64,000 nucleotides of DNA from an uncultured virus (IMG/VR IMGVR_UViG_3300042275_000805) (taxonomy: Duplodnaviria > Heunggongvirae > Uroviricota > Caudoviricetes). Positions within the stretch are counted from its first letter, which is position 1. Each line of letters opens with the position of its first letter. The notes under the pieces are model-generated. The model was not told the DNA's origin and did not search any database. It saw only the letters and a list, made by a program, of their open reading frames with translations. The stretch is from IMG/VR virus record IMGVR_UViG_3300042275_000805. One strand, written 5' to 3'. Positions 49,201 through 61,200 of this stretch are shown piece by piece. A program made the position numbers and the translations under genes.

Positions 49201-52200
49201 CGTCACGGTGGACGTAGCCAATGTTGCACCCACGCTCAACATCTCCGGCAATGCAACGGTGACAGCAACCCTTGCCTACACGCTCAATCTTCAATCGTCT
49301 GATCCAGGTGCGGACACTATCAGTCAGTGGACCATCGACTGGGGCGATGGCACTCCCGGAAGTATTCAGACCGTCGACGGTAGCCTCGAATCGGTAACGC
49401 ACACCTATGACCTGGCGGGTGATTACAACATCACCGCGACCGCGACCGATGAAGATGGTGCTTACGCTGCCAACACGCAGAACGTCACCGTCAATCCCAT
49501 GGTCAGTATGTCCGGCAGTCCAGCAGACGAGGGTTCTGTTTTTACCTTGAACATGACATACATCGGACTGACCGACACCCAATGGACGGTGGATTGGGGA
49601 GATGGGGTGATCGAAACAGGCCCAACTGACGCCACGCAGGCAACGCATGTTTATGCCGATGGGGATGCGGTTTACACCATCACCGCAACCATCGATTCAA
49701 CGCAAGGCCAATACGCCGTCGCACCGACAACAGCGGTCATTGGCAATGTCGCCCCGACGTTGACCATCACAGGCGATAGTAATGTTGATGTCGAACAACT
49801 CTACGCGCTGGATTTATCCAGCGTTGATCCCGGTGATGATACGATTGCCACCTGGACGATAGACTGGGGCGATGGCAGTGATCTGCAAACGGTAGCGGGT
49901 GATCTGTCGACCGTGACGCATGTCTATCTGCTTGCTGGTGTCTACACCATCGCTGCCAGCGCGACGGATGAAGATGCCACGTTCGATGCCAACACCGTCG
50001 AAGTCAACGCACATCCCGTCCCGACCATCGCAGGCAATTCGTCTACGTTTGAAGGTGATACGTACACTCTGGCTCTGGCAACTGCGGGGATTGCACCTGA
50101 TGGTTGGACAATTGACTGGGGCGATGGCAACATCGAAACCTTAGCTGGTAATCCCGATCACGCAACCCATGTTTATGCGGACGGTGATAACGCCTGCACC
50201 ATCACCGCGACCGCACAAACCGACATGGGCGATTATGCCGCAGCATCATTTGATCTGACGGTTACCAATGTTGCACCGACGTTGACCATTGCAGGTGATG
50301 AACAGATCAACGTTGAAGAACTTTACACACTAAACCTTGCCAGCATCGATCCGGGTGACGATACCATCACCCAATGGCAGGTGGACTGGGGCGACGGCAC
50401 CCCCGGAAGCATCGAGACAATCACCGGTAATCCATCACAAGTCACGCACACGTACACCACAGCAGGTGACTACACCATCACCGCAACCGCCACTGACGAG
50501 GATGGCACCTTTATTGCCAATACGCAAGACATTGCTGTGGAACCAGTCGCATCCATTTCCGGTGACAGCAGTGTCGCAGAAGGTGACAGTTACACCTTGG
50601 ATCTGGCGTTGGCAGGGATCGTGGCGCAGAGTTGGACAATCGATTGGGGTGACGGCCCCGGAAGCCCCGAAACACTGACCGGTGATCTTGATGCAGCCAG
50701 TCATGTTTATGCTGATGGTGATCAGTCGCACACCATTACTGTCTACGCCACCACCTCACGTGGTGACATTGACGCGGGAACGCTTCAGATCAACGTGACC
50801 AACGTCGCACCGACCTTGACGATCAGCGGTGATGACACCGTTATCGTCAATGCGTCATACACGCTTGATCTTACATCTGCTGATCCCGGTGATGACACCA
50901 TCACGCAGTGGTCCATTAATTGGGGCGACGGCAGCGATGTGCAAGTCGTTGCAGGCAATCCCGACAGTGTGATCCACACCTACACATCAGCAGGCAACTA
51001 CACCATCACCGCGACTGCTATCGATGAAGACGGCACGTTCAACGCCAACACGCAGGACATCACCGTTGACCCGGTTCTGACAATCAGTGGTGATAGCACC
51101 GTCAACGAAGCAGACACCTACTCGCTCAACCTTGCCATCGATGGCATAACGCCAGAGAGCTGGACAATTAACTGGGGTGATGGGCTGACGCAGGTGATCT
51201 CGGGGAATCCCGCATCAGTCACGCACGTCTTTGCTGACGGTGATGCGAACATGACCATCACCGCGACAGCCAATACATCGTTGGGTGATTTTGTTGCAGC
51301 ATCTCATGCCATCAATGTGTTAAACGTGGCACCAACGTTGATCACGTCAGGTGATGCCAACACCATCGTCAATCAAACCTACACGCTTGATCTTGCCAGC
51401 AGTGATCCCGGCGATGACACCATCACGCAGTGGTCCATCAACTGGGGCGATGGTTCAGATACGCAAATCGTCACCGGCAGCCCCGATTCGATCACCCATG
51501 TCTACACACTGGCTGGTGACTACACCATCTCCGCAACGGCAACCGACGAAGACGGCACGTTTACTGCTAACGACACCACGCTTAACGTCGCCCCCATCGT
51601 CACCATGACCGGCAACGGTATGGCAGTTGAAGCACAAAATTACATTCTCACCGTCGATGCCATCGGCTTGACGAGCAATACCTGGACCATCGACTTTAAC
51701 GATGGCACACCTGTCGTCACCGTGACTGGTGATGGGCAATTGCAGGTGCCTCACGTCTATGCAGATGGACCGGCACAACGCACCGTCACCGCAACCGTAG
51801 TTTCGGATCAGGGAACGTTTGCGCCTGTCGACCTGCTGGTTAATGTCATGAATGCCGACCCGCTTCTGGCAATCAGTGGCGCGGATACCACGCCTGTCAA
51901 TCAGGACTATACGCTTAACCTTGCGGTCAATGATCCCGGTGACGATACGGTCGATAGCTGGACCATTGATTGGGGTGATGGCAATACCGAAATTGTGGAC
52001 GGTTCGCTCGATAGCGTGACCCATCAATATGCCTTGGCCGGTGATTACACCATCACGGCGTCTGCTGTCGATGACGATGGCATTTATGCAGCTTCACCAC
52101 TGGATGTCACTGCGACACCGGTGGTCGCCATCACGGCCCCAGTATCGATTGATGAAGGTTCCGCCATGACACTGGACTTGTCTGCAATTGGTCTGGTTGG

Positions 52201-55200
52201 AGCATCGTGGGATATCGATTGGGGTGATGGAAGCACCCAAACCATCGCAGGCGATCCGACACAAGTGAGTCATGTCTATGCGGACGGCGATCAGTCGCAC
52301 ACCATCTCCGCGACGGTAACCAATAGCGTAGGTACCTTTGCAGCAGACAGTGTGACGGTCGCTGTACTCAATGTCGACCCAACACTCACCATTGCAGGTA
52401 ACGATACGGTCGATGTTAATACGGATTACACGCTGTCTCTGGCATCTATCGATCCCGGTGCAGACACCATCACGCAGTGGTCAATTGATTGGGGCGATGG
52501 GTCAGCTATTCAAGTGGTTGCGGACAATCCTGGCAATGTGATTCACAATTACGATCAAGCCGGTGATTACACCATCACCGCTACCGCCACCGACGAGGAT
52601 GGCACGTTCTCCGCCAACACGCAGACGGTGACCGTGGATCCTGTTCTGACCATCACAGGTGACAGCACCACCAACGAAGCAGACATCTACACACTCAACT
52701 TGAGCGTCGACGGCATCACACCCGATAGCTGGACCATCGACTGGGGCGATGGCACTGCTGAAACCATCACCGGCAATCCGTCATCAATCACGCATATCTT
52801 TGCTGACGGTGATGCCAATGTCATCATCACTGCGACCGCCAACACATCGCTGGGTGATTTTGTGGCTCAGACGTTGACCGTTGATGTGCTCAACGTTGCC
52901 CCAATTCTCACCATCTCCGGGGATAGCAGTGCGAATGTGCAGTCCGACTACACGTTGACTCTTGCTTCCATTGATCCCGGGGCCGACACCATTTCGCAAT
53001 GGAACATCGACTGGGGTGATGGCTTAAGCAGCATCGTCTTCGGTGATCCAACATCCTTCACCCATCAATATGACACAGCAGGCAGCTATACCATAACCGC
53101 GACGGCAACCGATGAGGATGGAACGTTCACTGCCAATGACATTGAAGTGACCATTGATCCTGTCTTGTCGATCACGGGTAACAACACCGTTGCAGAAGCT
53201 GATCTCTACACGCTTGATTTGTCAGTAGACGGCATCGTGCCCGAGAGCTGGACCATCGATTGGGGTGATGCCCCCGGTAGTACCGAAGTCATCACCGGCA
53301 ATCTCACGTCAGTGACCCATACCTATGCTGATGGCGATAACACCTACACCATCACCGTTACCGCCAACACCACATTGGGTGACTTCGCAGCAGGCACGGT
53401 TGATGTGGATGTCACCAATGTTCCACCGACACTCACCATCGCAGGTGACAGCAACACATCTGTCAATGACACATACACACTCGCCTTGACATCAGTCGAT
53501 CCGGGCGATGACACCATCACACAATGGACGATTAACTGGGGCGATGGCACCCCCGGAAGCATTGAGACCATCACCGGCAATCCTGACGAAATTACACACA
53601 CTTACACCACCGCAGGCAGCTTCACCATTACCGCCACTGCCACCGATGAAGATGGCACATTCATCGCCAACACGCAAAACGTCACCGTCGATCCGGTGCT
53701 GTCAATTGCAGGCGATTCGCTGGTCAATGAAGGCGATGTCTACACCCTTGCACTTGACGTTATTGGCATCACCCCCGAGAGTTGGAGCATTGATTGGGGT
53801 GATGGTCATGTCGAAGTGATCACAGGAAATCCGTCCGCCGTGGCACATACCTACACGGATGGGGATACTGCGCGCACTGTGATCGCCACCGCCAACACAA
53901 TGCTAGGCGACTTCACCGCCCAGTCACTCGATTTAACCGTTCTCAACGTCGCGCCAATTCTTACCATTGCTGGTGAAGATGTGGCTGATACCGGTGCGGA
54001 TTACACGCTCGATCTCACAGCAAGCGACCCCGGCGATGACACCATTGATCACTGGACCATCGATTGGGGCGATGGCTCTGCCTTACAGACTGTTGCCGGT
54101 AATCCCTTGCAGGTCATTCACGTCTACAACACCGAAGGCACCTTCACCATCACCGCCACCGCGACCGACGAGGATGGCACGTTTGATGCCAACAGCATCG
54201 ATGTGATCTCCGACATCCCGGTCCAGCCGGATATCAGTGGCGAATTAGAATCCGACGAAGGCGATGTCTATACCTTGATCCTCGATTCAGACACCTTGCC
54301 TGATGGCCAATGGACCGTGGATTGGGGTGATGGCACGGTTGAACAGGTCACGCCCGTTCTCGAAACAACTTCACATGTCTATGCGGATGGTGATGCAACT
54401 TATCAGATCAACGCTTCGATCACCGATGGTACGTTCACCTACAACGCAGAAGCATTCACCGTCACCGTGAATAACGTAGACCCGACCTTGACGCTCGATG
54501 GCAACACCATCAGCGCAGTCGGCGTGGATTACACTTTGAACCTGTCATCAACCGATCCCGGTACGGATACCATCACGCATTGGACGATCAATTGGGGGGA
54601 CGGCAGCGATGCTCTGATCGTTGATGGTGATCCGGATACCACCGTTTACGCCTTTGCAGCGGCCGGTATTTACACCATCACCGCGACTGCTACCGATGAA
54701 GATGGCACGTTCGTTGCGTCCAATGATGTCATCGTCGAAGTCTCAGAAGAGTCCTGTGAAACACCGGGCTTGCTTGAAGATTTGATTCTCTATTACAGCT
54801 TCGACGAAGGCGTCAATCCAACCGGCCCAGTCACACTGATTGAGGATCAAACCATCTATGACAATGATGGCACAATGATGCCCGGAAGCAATGAGGCTGA
54901 TGGCCCGGACTTCATGCGTGGCGTGGTTTGCACCGGGTTGCGTTTCGATGGCATGGATGATCAACTCATCGCAGCCGACAGTTCCTCACTTGATGCTCAG
55001 TGCACGGATATCACGTTCTCCATGTGGATTCGCATCAATGACAGCGATGACAACACCACGATGACACTGCTGTCCAAGCGTGACCCGGATGGTTGCGAAT
55101 CGGGCTATGCCATCGATTACAACCCCGCAACCAACACGCTGCGATTACTCGGTGGCGGTGATAACGAAGCCTGGGCGGAAGATGTCGATCTGGATACAGG

Positions 55201-58200
55201 GTGGCATCACATTGCCATCACCTATGATAAGGGCTGCTACTGCTCGTGGAGTGAAGCCAAGTTCTATGTCGATGGTGAAAATGTCACGACCAACAGCAGT
55301 GTCTCTAACATCAACAGTAATGGTTTGGACCTGGTCGTCGGCGGACCTGCGACGGATGATACAGGAGAAAACTTCCGGGGGTTCCGTGGTGACATGGATG
55401 AATTGCGCATCTATGGCCGTAAACTCTCAGCCAGCGATATCCAATATCTGGCGGGCTTTGAGAATATCCCCAATAACGATGCACCCACCGTGGATCTGGG
55501 TGAAGATATCACCATGACTTTGCCCCAGGCCACGCTGGAACTCAATGCCATTGTCGGTGATGATGGTTTGCCGACCCCTCCGGGCATGACCACTGTGAAT
55601 TGGACCCTGCTTTCCGGCCCGACGTCTGTCGGTTTCTCCAGTACGGATTCAGCTTCCACCACACTGAACTTTACGGAAGTTGGCACCTATGTTCTGCGTC
55701 TGACAGCAGACGACGGTTCGCTGCTTGCCAGTGACGATATCACTATTACCGTCAATCCGCCTGCCAACCTCAATGACGGGCTCATTGCGCACTGGACCTT
55801 CGACAGTGACCACTGTCATACAGCTGTCGACAACACCGGCAATGGGCACGATGGTTATATTTCCGGAGCTGATCATGAAGCAGGTTACATTGATCAGTCA
55901 CTCGAATTTGACGGTTGGAATGATTACGTGAGCGTCGCCCCTATGGATATCCTGGCCGACGACGGTTCACGCACGGATCAACTGACAATCTCTGCCTGGA
56001 TCAATGCCGATGATTTTGGCACCAGCGATGCACGCATCATCTCAAAGGCTGACGGTACGTCATCAGATGATCACTACTGGATGCTCAGCACGGTCAACGA
56101 CTGTGGCCAAATCAAACTCCGCGCTCGACTCAAGACCGATCAAGGTTGGTGTGATTCCACGGTGACATTGACAGGTGATGAAATTCTAGAAGCTGGTCAA
56201 TGGACGCATGTCATGATGGTCTACGATGGCAGCGAATTGAAGCTCTATCAGGATGGCGTGGCGGTCGGTTCGACGCAGTTGGCTGGCAATGTCTCCGTCA
56301 ATCATTGTGTGGGTGTACGCATCGGCGATAATCCCGTGGGCAGTCGTTTCTTCGATGGTAACATCGACGATGTTCGCATCTACAACCGCGCGCTGAGCGA
56401 ATCCGAACGCCAGCAATTGGCCAATAGTGAAGTGGGTAACCAGGCCCCCCAAGTGACTGCCGGTGATGATGTGGTTGTGCTTGATGGTGATACCATCACC
56501 TTAAGCGGCAGTGTTTCCGATGATGGTCTACCCGAAGAAGGGACGCTTAGCACGCAGTGGGTTGTGGTCAGCCAACCGGAGGGTTCAACGGTTCAATTCG
56601 CGGATGCCACGGCCTTGAACACCGCGGTGCAAGTCAGCACGCCCGGCGAGTATGTCTTTAAGCTCATTGCAAGTGATGGTGAATTGACATCCTACGATGA
56701 AGTCGCCATCACCCAGCTTGCCCCCGTCGACTTGGCTGATGGCTTGATAGCACATTGGCACATGGATGAAGGTGCGGGCAATCTTGTCACCGACACATCT
56801 GGCAACGATAACCACGGCACACTTGATGACGGTACATGGCAAGACAACGGCCAACTCGGCGGTAGCTTGAGCTTCGATGGCGTTGATGATGCGGTGAGTC
56901 TGGGCAATCTGGATATCACCAACAAGCAAGGCGATGCCGTTCAGGCGATGACCATCAGTGCATGGTTTAATGCTGATGATTTTAATACGGATGATGCGCG
57001 CATCATCTCCAAGGCAACGGGAACCGCGACCAGTGAACACTACTGGATGCTCAGCACGTTCAATGACAACGGTCAGATTAAACTCCGCGCCCGACTCAAG
57101 ACAGCGGGGCATGGCACGGTCACGCTCATTGCTGATGCTGGCGATATTCAAGCTGGTCAATGGACGCATGCCGCCATGGTCTATGATGGCCAGACTCTTT
57201 CGTTGTATCAGGATGGCGTACTCGTGGGCAGCACATCGGTCTACGGTGCGGTGGCAACCAATGATGATGTTCAAGCAACCATCGGCGCTAATCCCGAAGG
57301 TGGCAGAAACTTTGACGGGCAGATTGATGACGTGCGCATTTACAGCCGTGCACTGGAAGCCCATGAATTGACCGCTATGGTGAATTTGCCCAATGACAAT
57401 AGGGCGCCGCAGGTCGATGTAGGTGATGATGTGGTGACCGATACCACCGAGTCCGCCGATGTCGCGCTGCATGTGACAATCACCGACCTGACGATTCCTG
57501 ATGGCCAACAGGTCAGTGGTTTCTGGACACTGGTCAGTGGTCCGACGGATGTGACTTTTGATGATGCAAACAGCACGGACACCACGGCCCACTTCTCGTC
57601 TCCCGGCAGTTATGTCCTGCGGTTTACCGCAACGGACGGTTCATTAACCAGCATTGATGATATGACGGTGTTCGTCCCGGCCGATGCCGATCTTGATTTT
57701 GGCTTGGTGGCGCATTACACCATGGATACCGATGGTTTTGCTCAGGATATTTCCGGTAATGCCAATGACGGTGACATTCGCGGTGCCCGTTTGGATACGG
57801 GTTACATCGGTGGTGCGATGAAATTCGATGGTCGCAATGACCGCATTGACCTGGGCAATCTCGATATCACCGACGATGCCGGTCAGACTGTCAATAGCAT
57901 GACCATTACCGCGTGGTTCAATGCCGATGATTTTGGTACCGATGATGCACGCATCATCTCCAAGGCCACAGGTACTTCTGAAGATGATCACTATTGGATG
58001 ATCAGCACGATCAAGGACCACGGTCAGATGAAACTCCGCGCGCGTCTAAAAACAGCGGATGGTCAAACCACCACACTCATTGCCGACGCCAGCAATCTCC
58101 ATGCAGGTGACTGGACACATGTGGCGATGATCTATGACGGTCAGACAATCAAGCTTTATCAGGATGGTGTCGAGGTAGGCAGCATTGCGATGTCCGGTGA

Positions 58201-61200
58201 TGTAGCAGTTAATTCCAACGTTGCGGTACGCATTGGTGACAATCCAGTTGGTAATCGCTATTTCGATGGCAAAATTGATGACGTGCGGATTTACAGCCGT
58301 GCGATTGATGCTACGGAACTGGCTTCGCTGATCTCACCAGTAACCGATGAATTGCCCAGTCAACGTCGATTCTTCGTCGCTGATGCCGGGGTGATTGCTG
58401 TGACGGCGGATGACGCGGTGAATCGTGTCTTTGCCTACAACAGCAGCTTCAGCGAATCAGGCTCGTTTGCGATAGATGATATTGAGCTTGCCGACCCGGT
58501 GGGTATTGCAACCGACAATGGTGAGAAACTCTGGATGCTCGATAGTGAGGGCAATATCACGGTCATGAACAATGTCGGTGGTATCCTCGGACAATGGCAT
58601 GCAGATGGTTTGGTGAATCCAACAGGTATTACTGTGGACCATCATGATTTATACGTCGTCGATGCAGGTACGAATTCCGTGATGCGCTTCTCCTATCAAA
58701 CCAATCGTGTTGATGGTTCAGCCAGTGGGCAGACGGTCTTCACATTGCATGCTGAAAACACGCATGCTGACGATCTGGTGACGGACGGTCATCATGTCTG
58801 GGTGGTCGATAGTCAGGCCGATGAAGTGTTCGTCTACGAAATGGATGGCGATCTGGACGGACGTTGGCAGTTGGATACACGCAACAGCGATGCGTCGGGC
58901 ATCACGATTGGGACACATCACCAGAAGGATATCTGGACGGTGGATCGGTCGACTGGTGAAGTCTTCAAATACCGCAATGCCATGTACTGGGATTTTGAGT
59001 CCGGCCCGATGACTGCCTCGGATGTCGATGCGCTGGCTGGCGAAAATCTCCAGCCTGAAGCCATTGCTGACCCGCTGAACCTGGTGGGGGCGGTGGATGA
59101 TATCACGGACCTGTTTGATGGCATCACGTTGACCGATCTGTCGGATCGTTTTGATGCAACCTATGGCACGACGTCATACAACCTGGCAGAGCAAACATTA
59201 CTTGCTGAATTGGAACTGATCAATCGCTCCAACAGCGATGTCGATGGTCCACTGATTCTAGGCATTATCAATCTCTCCGACCCCGATGTCAGTGTGTTGG
59301 ACATTGATGGTGTGACCAGTGGTGGCATGCCGTACTTTGATCTGACAAGCATGCTTGAGGAGGGCAGCATTGCCCCCGGCAGTTCGCTATCGGATCTTGT
59401 GCTGCGATTTGAAAATCCCAATGAAGGTCGCTTTACCTATGACCTGGTGATCATGGGCACACTCAATGAAGCACCGTATTTCACCAGTTCGCCGGAGTTG
59501 ACGGTTTCGCCCGATGTGCCTTATGTGTACGACGCCGATGCGATTGATCCTGATGGGGATGTGCTGACATACACGTTATTGTCATCACCCGATGGTATGA
59601 CGATTGATAGTGCGACGGGTCAGATCAATTGGGCACCCACGGCTGAAGATGAAGGCAATTACAGCGTGATCATCCAGGTCGATGACGGACGTGGTGGCAG
59701 TGCTCAGCAGTCTTACAACTTGACCGTCGAAACCGTTCCCAACCGTCCGCCATTGTTTGTGACCACGCCTGTGTTGGATGCCAACGTGGCGACAGCGTAC
59801 ATGTACGATGCGGATGCGGTGGATCTGGATGGTGATGTGTTGACCTACACTTTGCAGTCGGGCCCCGAGGGGATGTCGATTGATTCAATGACAGGTCAGA
59901 TCAACTGGACGCCTTCAGATGATCAACTTGGTGAACACAACGTGTCGATTCTGGTTGATGATGGCCAGGGCGGTCAAGCCACACAGGATTACACCATACT
60001 GGTTTTACCTGCGGAGGGTAATCATGCGCCGGTGATTACAACATTGCCGAACTTGAGCGTTGCATCGAGTGTGACAAACGATAGTGGCATTCGTTCCGTC
60101 GCATTTAATACAACCGTTCGTGATTTTGATTATTCACATCCTGACTTTGAATCTTTCCTTTCTGGTCAGATAAATGGATTGGTCATGGATCAGCTTGGTA
60201 CGGATAGAACACCTGTAGCCAATACTGATAATTCGTCGTTCTATAGTGCAATCACATCCGCTGAGTCATTCTACGATTGGTATCACGATGTCGAGGGTGT
60301 GAATATGACTGCCCAGATACCGTTGGTCTTTACTGAGACCGAAGAAGGTTCGGGGTTGTTTGTCTATAACAGTAGTTCCTTCTTCCCGATCAATGGCATG
60401 TTGTTACAGGAAGGTTCCGGTGGCACAAACTATGCCTTTACACTTGAGATGCATTCCACATTCACCTATCTGGGAGGCGAGACATTTAACTTCACGGGTG
60501 ACGATGATGTCTGGGTCTTTATCGATGATCAACTTGCTGTGGATATTGGTGGTGTGCATGGTGCGGTTTCCAAGTCAGTAAATCTTGATGATCTGAATCT
60601 GACGATTGGCGAGAGTTATACATTTGACCTGTTTTTTGCTGAACGGCACACATCCGAATCTAATTTCCGAGTTTCGACGACGCTACAGCTAGGTGATTTT
60701 CAGCAGTATGACTACGACGTTAATGCGATTGATGCTGATGATGATGTGCTGACTTACGAGTTGCTTGATGCACCTGAGGATGCAACGATTGATTCTGAAA
60801 CAGGCGAGATCACATGGCAACCCAGTGAACTTGGCACGTACAGTTTCACCATGCAGGTCAGAGATGGTCAAGGTGGATTTGATTCACAGACATGGGAAGT
60901 TGAAGTCAAGGAATTGTATTCAGATAATCAAGACCCCGTGTTCGACTCAACACCGACGGTGCTTGATGCTCAGGTGGGGCGTACGTGGGTATATGACGTC
61001 GATGCAACGGATCCCGATGGTGACCGCGTGCTGTATTCCCTGCTACAATCGCCTGTGGATGACGACAATCTTATTGATAGCACGACTGGTGTTCTGACGT
61101 GGACGCCGACTGAAGCAGGTCAATACACTTTTACTGTTAGAGCGAATGATGACTTTACAGGTCGTTCGGATCAGACATTTGTTGTTAACGTGGTTGAGTC

